Source: Pseudomonadota bacterium (lineage in GTDB: Bacteria > Pseudomonadota > Gammaproteobacteria > Pseudomonadales > Moraxellaceae). From it: a stretch of DNA of 64,000 nucleotides. Made by a program: the position numbers and the translations under genes. This document shows positions 57,639 through 64,000 of this stretch, piece by piece. Every line of letters starts with the position of its first letter. The stretch's first letter is position 1. The notes under the pieces were generated by a model that was not told the DNA's origin, made no database searches, and saw only the letters and a list, made by a program, of their open reading frames with translations. Where the stretch lies: positions 7,043 to 71,042 of the forward strand of contig JAJZHK010000003.1 in NCBI GenBank assembly GCA_021804565.1, read 5' to 3'.

Positions 57639-59861
57639 ATGCCTGCGTCCACCCATCTGGCCCTCGCCGGTCTGCACTGTGCCAGTTGTGTCCAGCGTGT
57701 CAAAAATGCGCTCGAGGCGGTCCCCGGTGTCCAGGCGGCACAGGTCAATCTGGCCGACCGCAGCGCTGAAGTGCGGGGACAGGCCGATGACGAGCAACTG
57801 CTCGCAGCCGTGCGCGCCACGGGCTTTCAGGCCTGGATCATCCATGATGCCCAAGAGGCGCTCGACACCCAGGAACGCGTCGCACGTCAGGAGTATCGGC
57901 AAAAGCTCTGGCGCACCAGCCTGGGTCTGCTCTTTGGCATGGTGCTGATGTTCAATATGCATCACCTGGCCGGCTTGTCTGCGCTGCGCCGCCCGGATCA
58001 GCGCGAGCTCCTGGCCTGGGCCCTGGCCTGCGCCGCTGTCATGCTGGCCAGCGGCTGGCACTTTTTTATAGGCGCCTGGTCCTCCTTGCGGCAAAAAAGC
58101 GCTAGCATGGACACCTTGATCGTCCTCGGCACCCTCGCTGCCTGGGGCTACTCCCTGTTCGTCATCACCCTGCCCGAGCATCTGCCCGTCGATGCGCGCC
58201 ATGTCTACTTTGAGGCTGCTGTGATGATCATCGCCCTGGTCAACCTGGGCAGCCTGCTGGAGACCCGCGCTCGCCGTAATGCGCAGAGCGCCATCCGGGA
58301 ACTGATCGCCCTGCAGCCCAACACGGCCACCTTGCTGACACCGGAGGGACCGCGCACCGTCAGCATCAAGGATCTCCGCCCGGGAGATCGTCTGCTGCTG
58401 CGGCCCGGCGAGCGTATCGCCGTCGATGGCACCCTGGTTCAGGGTGAACTGCGCGTCGACGAGTCCATGCTCAGCGGCGAGTACCAGCCCATACTCAAGC
58501 AAGTCGGCAGTCATCTCCACGCCGGCAGCCAGGGCATGAGCGGCAGTGCCGAGCTGGAGGTCACCCATATCGGCGAGGAGACCTCGCTGGCCGAGATCAT
58601 CCGCCGCGTGCGCGAAGCACAGAACGCCCGCCCTCCGATCGCCAACCTGGTCGATCGTATCGCCGGCGCCTTCGTCCCGGCGGTGATCATACTCGCCCTG
58701 CTGACACTCAGTATCTGGCTGTTCGTCGGCCCCAGCCCGCGCCTCACCCATGCGCTGGTCGCCATGGTTTCGGTGCTCATCATCGCCTGTCCCTGCGCCC
58801 TGGGCCTGGCCGTTCCGATGTCCATCATGATGGCCTCCAGCCTGGCTTCGCGCCATGGCGTCCTCATCCGCGACGGTGCCGCCTTGCAAATGGCCAGCCG
58901 GATGAGCACGGTCATTTTTGACAAAACGGGCACCCTGACCCTGGGGCAGGGATCGCTCACCCACATCGAGGCTTTCGGCACCTGGCAGCCGCAGTCCCTG
59001 CTACCTTGGGCGGCCAGCGCGGAATTTGCCTCGGAGCATGTCTTTGCGCGCGCTATCGTCCAGCACTTTGCCGCCACCGACCTGCTGCGTCCACCCTGCG
59101 ATCACTTTGAGTCTTTTCCAGGTGCCGGTGTGCGCGGCCAGGTGGAAGGCCATGACATCCTGCTCGGCACCCCGGCGCTGCTGCAGGCCCAAGGCGTCGA
59201 TACGCAGGCGGCGCAAGACCATCTCGGTCGCTGGGGACGTGAGGGGATCAGCCCGGTGCTGATGGCTGTCGACCGCGAACTCGCTGGCATCTTCGGCATC
59301 AGCGACACCCTGCGCCCGGAGGCGCGCGTCGCCCTGGGACGTCTGCGTCAGATCGGCCTACGCACCTGTCTGCTCAGCGGTGATAGCGCCGAACACGCTG
59401 CCCGCATCGCCGAAGAACTTGGTATCGACACCTACTGGGGCGGCATGACCCCGGCCGACAAGCTGCGCATCATCCATCAGGAGCAGGTACGCGGCGAGAT
59501 CGTCGGCATGGTCGGCGACGGCATCAACGACGCCCCGGCCCTGGCCGCCGCCGATGTCGGCTTCGCCATAGGCCAGGGCACCGATGTGGCGATGGCCGCC
59601 AGCGGCATCACCTTGACCGGCAGCGACCTGAAGAAGATCTTCATCGCCATACGCCTGTCACGCGCCACCTTGCGCAATATCCACCAGAACCTGTGGGCGG
59701 CTTTCATCTACAACCTGATCGCCATCCCGGTGGCGGCTGGCGCCCTCTACCCCTGGACGCACTGGCAGCTCAACCCCATGATCGGCGCTGCGGCGATGGC
59801 CGCCTCGTCGCTCACCGTGGTGCTCAACGCCAGTCGCTTGCGCTGGCTGCGTATCGACTGA
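57639..59861 (+). CDS. copA: Copper-translocating P1B-type ATPase with one N-terminal heavy-metal-associated domain
   Basis: Track ORF 57273..59861. The ATG at 57639 follows an AGGAG RBS (8-nt spacer). Motifs: HMA motif GLHCASCVQRV, TGE region, CPC motif IACPCALGLA, DKTGTLT, and GDGINDAPALAAA. Confidence 0.9.
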   Translation: MPASTHLALAGLHCASCVQRVKNALEAVPGVQAAQVNLADRSAEVRGQADDEQLLAAVRATGFQAWIIHDAQEALDTQERVARQEYRQKLWRTSLGLLFGMVLMFNMHHLAGLSALRRPDQRELLAWALACAAVMLASGWHFFIGAWSSLRQKSASMDTLIVLGTLAAWGYSLFVITLPEHLPVDARHVYFEAAVMIIALVNLGSLLETRARRNAQSAIRELIALQPNTATLLTPEGPRTVSIKDLRPGDRLLLRPGERIAVDGTLVQGELRVDESMLSGEYQPILKQVGSHLHAGSQGMSGSAELEVTHIGEETSLAEIIRRVREAQNARPPIANLVDRIAGAFVPAVIILALLTLSIWLFVGPSPRLTHALVAMVSVLIIACPCALGLAVPMSIMMASSLASRHGVLIRDGAALQMASRMSTVIFDKTGTLTLGQGSLTHIEAFGTWQPQSLLPWAASAEFASEHVFARAIVQHFAATDLLRPPCDHFESFPGAGVRGQVEGHDILLGTPALLQAQGVDTQAAQDHLGRWGREGISPVLMAVDRELAGIFGISDTLRPEARVALGRLRQIGLRTCLLSGDSAEHAARIAEELGIDTYWGGMTPADKLRIIHQEQVRGEIVGMVGDGINDAPALAAADVGFAIGQGTDVAMAASGITLTGSDLKKIFIAIRLSRATLRNIHQNLWAAFIYNLIAIPVAAGALYPWTHWQLNPMIGAAAMAASSLTVVLNASRLRWLRID

Positions 59862-60296
59862 TCAGCGGCTCGCCGGCGCCGTCGTCGCGGACATGCCGCG
59901 CAACTCTGGCGGCTGGTACTTCTCGTCATGCTTGGCCAGCACCTGATCGGCCTGGATCTCGCCGTGCTCCAGGCGACCACTGGCGATGATGCCCTGCCCC
60001 TCACGAAACAGATCCGGCAGGATGCCGGTGTAAACCACCGGCACCTGGTGTTTGAAGTCGGTGATCATGAAGTGCACGGTCAAAGACTGCGTGCTGCGCT
60101 GCAAAGAGCCTTTGACCACCATGCCCCCCGCGCGCAAGCGCACCCCCTCGGGAGCTTCGCCGGCCACCAGCTGGCTTGGCGTATAAAACAGATTGATATT
60201 CTGGCGCAAGGCATAGGTGGTCAAACCCACCGACAGCCCGACGGCGACGACGATACCCAATAGAATGAACAAGCGTTTGCGACGTTGTGGTTTCAT
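59862..60296 (-). CDS. ccmE: Cytochrome c-type biogenesis heme chaperone CcmE
   Basis: The internal ATG at 60296 gives [45 protein letters not shown], which includes the heme-binding His in the HDEKY motif. Its start overlaps the ccmD stop. Confidence 0.9.
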   Translation of the reverse strand: MKPQRRKRLFILLGIVVAVGLSVGLTTYALRQNINLFYTPSQLVAGEAPEGVRLRAGGMVVKGSLQRSTQSLTVHFMITDFKHQVPVVYTGILPDLFREGQGIIASGRLEHGEIQADQVLAKHDEKYQPPELRGMSATTAPASR

Positions 60297-60472
60297 AGCC
60301 CCCCCTGCGTGCGACGATGGCGTTGTGCCTGCTCTTGCAGCCACAAACGGTACTGACGGCGAGGCAGTACGATATTCCATAACGCGATGATCAGAAAAAT
60401 GCCGTAGGCGCTCCAGACGTAGAAGCCGTGATGCCCCATGGAAAGAAAATCATGCCAGTTTTTAAAGGCCAC
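60293..60472 (-). CDS. ccmD: Heme exporter protein CcmD
   Basis: The GTG at 60472 gives (M)[28 protein letters not shown].., paralleling E. coli CcmD (..AFASWNEFFAMGGYAFFVWLAVV..). It is 59 aa with a single TM segment. Confidence 0.8.
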   Translation of the reverse strand: MAFKNWHDFLSMGHHGFYVWSAYGIFLIIALWNIVLPRRQYRLWLQEQAQRHRRTQGGL

Positions 60473-61244
60473 GGGCCTGCACCTCCGCTTGAACGATTTC
60501 ACGCACCCAGGATGCTTTGGCTTCATGCCAGAGGATCTTTTGACGGGTACGCAGGATCAGCAATACCGCAAAAAAGGCGTAAAACCCGCCCAGACACACC
60601 AGCAAAGGCAGGTACATCGACGCCGGCATCTTGGGTTGGCTTCCCAGGCTGAAGGTCGAAGCCTGATGCAGGGTGTTCCACCACACGACCGAGTAGTGAA
60701 TGATGGGCAAGTTGACGATCCCGACAATGCTGAGCAAGGCCGGGGCACGTCCAGCCTGGGCGCTGCCGGCGTAAGCCTGCTGCAGAGCGATCACCCCCCA
60801 GTATAAAAACAGGAGGATGAGCATGGAGGTCAGGCGAGCATCCCAGACCCAATAGGTGCCCCAGGTCGGCTTACCCCACAGCGAGCCGGTCACCAGGCTG
60901 AGCAGGGTGAACCAGGCGCCGATGGGCGCCAGTGCCTCGGCCACCCACTCGGCGGTCTTCACCCGCCAGACCAGGACGATCAGCCCCGCGGCCGCCAGGA
61001 TTACGTAGCCGCCCATGGCGATGGCGGCCGCTGGCACATGGATGAAGATGATGCGATAGCTGTCACCCTGCTGGTAGTCAGGGGGTGCAAAAGCCAGACC
61101 CCACACCAGGCCGACACCCAGGCCAAGTCCGGCGAGCACGCTCAGCCAGGGCAGGAACAGGCCGCTGATATGATAAAAGTGCTTGGGGCTGACCGTTTTC
61201 AGAAAACCCTGCCAGAGTCGGTTGCATAGAAGCATACGTTTCAT
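60462..61244 (-). CDS. ccmC: Heme exporter protein CcmC
   Basis: 260 aa, polytopic. It carries the WGTYWVWDARLT tryptophan-rich (WWD-type) motif and the conserved IFIHVPAA. Confidence 0.9.
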   Translation of the reverse strand: MKRMLLCNRLWQGFLKTVSPKHFYHISGLFLPWLSVLAGLGLGVGLVWGLAFAPPDYQQGDSYRIIFIHVPAAAIAMGGYVILAAAGLIVLVWRVKTAEWVAEALAPIGAWFTLLSLVTGSLWGKPTWGTYWVWDARLTSMLILLFLYWGVIALQQAYAGSAQAGRAPALLSIVGIVNLPIIHYSVVWWNTLHQASTFSLGSQPKMPASMYLPLLVCLGGFYAFFAVLLILRTRQKILWHEAKASWVREIVQAEVQARGL

Positions 61245-61250
61245 TTCCCC

Positions 61251-61919
61251 TCAGTGAGCCAGGGCGAGGCGCAAAGCACCGATGATCGCCCATGGTAATA
61301 AAGTCAGCGCCAGGACCAGCATGGCGGCGAGCAGGGCGAGAAAGCCATTGACCGCCAGGCCACTGGCAGCCGCCTGAACCGCCGCTGTGGCAAAAATCAG
61401 CACCGGGATCATCAGCGGCAGGCTGATCAAAGGCAAGAGCACGCCATTGCGCCGCAAAGCCACGGTCAAGGCGGCCGCCAAAGCAGCCAGCAGACCCAGG
61501 GTCGGCGTCCCCAGCAGCAGGCTCAGCACCAGAACCGCCGGGGCGGCGCCTTGCATGTCGAGCATGATCGCCGCCAGGGGACTCAGCAGTGCGAGCACAA
61601 AGCCCCCGGAAAGCCAGTGCGCCAGGACCTTGCCCATCACGACACCCCAGGCGGAAGCCGGGGCCAGCAGCATCTGCTCGAGACTGCCATCTTCAAAATC
61701 CTGACGAAACAGGCTGTCCATGGACAAGAGCACCGCCAGGACCGCCGCCACCCACACCACGCCGGGGGCAATTTGTCGCAGCAAGCTGGGTTCCGGACTG
61801 ACCCCGAGGGGGAAAAGCACGATGACCATCAGAAAAAACACCAGGGGATTGAGCCAGTCGCCGCCCGAACGCAAGGTCAGACTCAAGTCACGCCGCAGTA
61901 CCGCCCAAAGCGCACTCAT
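61251..61919 (-). CDS. ccmB: Heme exporter permease CcmB
   Basis: 222-aa hydrophobic protein located between ccmA and ccmC, with FFLMVIVLFPLGV.. and LLGTPTLGLL typical of CcmB. Confidence 0.88.
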   Translation of the reverse strand: MSALWAVLRRDLSLTLRSGGDWLNPLVFFLMVIVLFPLGVSPEPSLLRQIAPGVVWVAAVLAVLLSMDSLFRQDFEDGSLEQMLLAPASAWGVVMGKVLAHWLSGGFVLALLSPLAAIMLDMQGAAPAVLVLSLLLGTPTLGLLAALAAALTVALRRNGVLLPLISLPLMIPVLIFATAAVQAAASGLAVNGFLALLAAMLVLALTLLPWAIIGALRLALAH

Positions 61920-62551
61920 GCCGCATCCCCGGGCCGGTACGGCGTCAGGTCCAGTTCAGCCAGCCCGGCACGCTCGGGCATGGCATGGTGGGTGGTAAAC
62001 AAGACCATGCCTCCGGCCGCAGCGTGTCCGGCCATACGTTCTTCCAGCGCCGCGACGCCCTGGCGATCGATCGCTGTGAACGGTTCATCGAGTATCCACA
62101 AAAGACTGTCCTCCAGGCGCAAGCGCGCCAGAGCCACACGGCGCTTCTGACCTGCCGACAAACGGATCAGGGGCGAATAGGCCTCCCCCGCCAGACCGAC
62201 TTCCTCGAGCGCCGCCTGCAGCTGCGCACGGCTGCGCTTCAAGCCGCGCAAAGCGAGCAAAAACTCGAGATTTTCCAGTGCACTGAGCGCCGCCTTCAAA
62301 CCCGGCGCGTGGCCGACATAGGTCAGCGCGGCGGCGTAAGGCTCACGGCGCACCGCGATATCCTCACCGGCCCACAAAACACGCCCCTGCTCACAAGGCA
62401 AGAGCCCCGCCACGGCGGCCAGCAAACTGGTCTTGCCGGCGCCATTGGCGCCGATCACCTGCAGCATCTGCCCCGGACACAGGTGCAGATCGAGCCCGAC
62501 CAGCAGGCACTCCTCCCCTCGACGCACCGCCACATTGTCCAGAATCAGCAT
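61916..62551 (-). CDS. ccmA: Cytochrome c biogenesis ABC ATPase CcmA
   Basis: The ATG at 62551 follows a GAGGGAG RBS. Motifs: Walker A GANGAGKTSLL, signature LSAGQKRRVALA, and Walker B LWILDEPFTAID. Its stop overlaps the ccmB start. Confidence 0.9.
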   Translation of the reverse strand: MLILDNVAVRRGEECLLVGLDLHLCPGQMLQVIGANGAGKTSLLAAVAGLLPCEQGRVLWAGEDIAVRREPYAAALTYVGHAPGLKAALSALENLEFLLALRGLKRSRAQLQAALEEVGLAGEAYSPLIRLSAGQKRRVALARLRLEDSLLWILDEPFTAIDRQGVAALEERMAGHAAAGGMVLFTTHHAMPERAGLAELDLTPYRPGDAA

Positions 62552-62684
62552 GTCTCCCTCTCTGCGCGCAGTATACCGGTAGCCTAACAAATTCGGCATA
62601 TCCGGTCTTGACCTCAGACAATTTAACCTGAGGAAAGAATCGGCTAGGCTAGAGGCCCAACTTCCCAGCGCGCAAGGATGAGTC

Positions 62685-64000
62685 ATGCCCACGGTCAACG
62701 CTATCGACATCTCGCTGCAGCATGTTCTCGAACGGACCGGACCGCATGTGGTGCTCGGCATCCCCCTGGGCATAGGCAAACCCAATGTCTGGGTCAACGC
62801 CCTCTACCGCTGGATCGCTGACCGGCCGGGCCACAGCTTGCGCATCATCACCGCGCTCAGCCTGCAAAAGCCGCAGGCCCACTCGGACCTCGAGGCGCGC
62901 TTTCTCAAACCTTTCGCTGAACGCGTCTTCGCCGACTACCCCGACCTGGACTACGCCCACGACCTGCAGGCTGGGACCTTGCCTGGCAATGTCGAGGTCT
63001 GCGAGTTCTTCTTCAAGACTGCCGACTATCTGCACAATCCCTTGGCGCAACAGAACTACATCTGCAGCAACTACACCCATGTCGCGCGTGACATGATGAA
63101 CTTTGGGGTCAACGTGCTGGCACAAGAGATCGCCGTACGTGAAGAGCCGGGAAAGCGCCGCTACAGCCTGTCCTGCAACCCTGACGTATCGCTCGACCTG
63201 CATGATCTCCTGGTCGAGCATGATCTGCGCACCCGGGTGCTGCTGGTGGGGGTCATCAACCGGCAGCTACCCTTCATGCTCAATGACGCCGAGGTCGATG
63301 AGCAGCTCTTTGACATGATCGTCGACGACCCCAAGGCCTGTCACACCCTCTTCGCCCCCCCCAATATGAAGGTCAGCCTGGCCGACTACAGCATCGGCCT
63401 CTATGCCAGCACCCTGATTGCCGACGGCGGCACCTTGCAGATCGGCATCGGCTCGCTGGGCGACGCCATCGCCCAGTCGCTGATTTTGCGAGAACGCCAC
63501 AACCTGAGCTACAAGGCGATGATCGCCGACCTGCCAGCCGCCAGTTTGCCCCTGCACCCGCAGACGGAGCCTTTCACACAAGGGCTCTATGGCTGCAGCG
63601 AGATGTTCGTCAACGGTTTTTTACGCCTTTATCAGGCCGGGATCTTAAAGCGCCGGGTCTATCCGGATCTGGCCCTGCAGACCCTGCTCAATGCCGGCAA
63701 AATCCAGGACACACTGCGCGCCTCGGTCTGGACGACCTTGCGGGACGAGCAGATCCTGCCACGCCATCTCGACCCCGAGCACCTGAGCTGGCTACAAAAA
63801 TTTGGCCTCCTCGACAGTGCCTTCCTGCTCGACCGGGAGCATCTGCGCCTGGGCCGCCTGACCCTGCCCAATGACCTTGACGACGCCCATACCTTGCAGG
63901 CGCTGGGCCAGCACGTCGAAGGACGCCAGCTGCGTGGCGGATTTTTCATGCACGGTGGCTTTTTCATCGGCCCCCGCGACTTCTACCAGGCCTTGCGCGA
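62685..64000 (+). CDS. Acetyl-CoA hydrolase/transferase-family protein, 5' part (continues beyond the right window edge)
   Basis: Not in the ORF track because no stop falls inside the window. My translation from the ATG at 62685 (AAGGA RBS) reads MPTVNAIDISLQHVLERTGPHVVLGIPLGIGKPN..LFAPPNMKVSLADYSIGLYASTLIADGGTLQIGIGSLGDAIAQSL..GGFFMHGGFFIGP. The GTLQ-x-GIG-x-(L/I) pattern is typical of this family. The frame stays open for about 438 codons. Confidence 0.7.
   Translation, partial: MPTVNAIDISLQHVLERTGPHVVLGIPLGIGKPNVWVNALYRWIADRPGHSLRIITALSLQKPQAHSDLEARFLKPFAERVFADYPDLDYAHDLQAGTLPGNVEVCEFFFKTADYLHNPLAQQNYICSNYTHVARDMMNFGVNVLAQEIAVREEPGKRRYSLSCNPDVSLDLHDLLVEHDLRTRVLLVGVINRQLPFMLNDAEVDEQLFDMIVDDPKACHTLFAPPNMKVSLADYSIGLYASTLIADGGTLQIGIGSLGDAIAQSLILRERHNLSYKAMIADLPAASLPLHPQTEPFTQGLYGCSEMFVNGFLRLYQAGILKRRVYPDLALQTLLNAGKIQDTLRASVWTTLRDEQILPRHLDPEHLSWLQKFGLLDSAFLLDREHLRLGRLTLPNDLDDAHTLQALGQHVEGRQLRGGFFMHGGFFIGPRDFYQALR

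Overview
High-GC (sampled lines about 60-66% G+C) chromosomal segment that looks gammaproteobacterial, densely packed with housekeeping and metabolic genes. A low-GC island of about 5 kb (sampled lines about 33-45% G+C) interrupts it next to a tRNA-Ser gene.

Left to right:
- N-terminal part of an acetolactate synthase large subunit (cut by the window edge)
- pyruvate dehydrogenase aceE-aceF; the E2 has a single lipoyl domain and an (Ala-Pro)18 linker
- BtuF-like binding protein, ampE
- a 1352-aa multi-PAS hybrid histidine kinase
- a glycosyltransferase
- a thiolase plus FadB-like pair
- tandem Usp, hemN, anr/fnr, with a shared FNR box
- class III nucleotide cyclase, a stand-alone CZB protein, sulfide:quinone oxidoreductase
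- canonical fadBA
- an AraC-linked cluster: two translationally coupled acyl-CoA dehydrogenase-like genes plus an ADC-like gene
- alpha/beta hydrolase
- rpoN-hpf-rapZ-ptsO-yjgA, with no ptsN
- cNMP-binding protein, C-N hydrolase, fabR
- an OmpR-type two-component pair
- nrdAB with upstream DnaA-box-like motifs, sbcCD
- the low-GC island
- tRNA-Ser(CGA), purC, a BamC-like lipoprotein, dapA, copA, ccmABCDE
- the 5' part of an acetyl-CoA hydrolase/transferase-family gene (runs off the right edge)

The most interesting locus is inside the island. It is a tightly coupled two-gene operon at 50230-52970 on the minus strand:
- a DCTPP1/MazG-like dNTP pyrophosphatase
- a 796-aa fusion of a PD-(D/E)xK nuclease-like N-terminus, a DUF2075/Schlafen-type P-loop ATPase and a C-terminal LexA/UmuD-like S24 domain

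I propose this as a candidate, apparently undescribed, anti-phage defence system. The proposal rests only on my reading of the translated sequences; no database search was possible.

Many long ORFs in the supplied track are antisense or alternative-frame artefacts of the high GC content and were not annotated.
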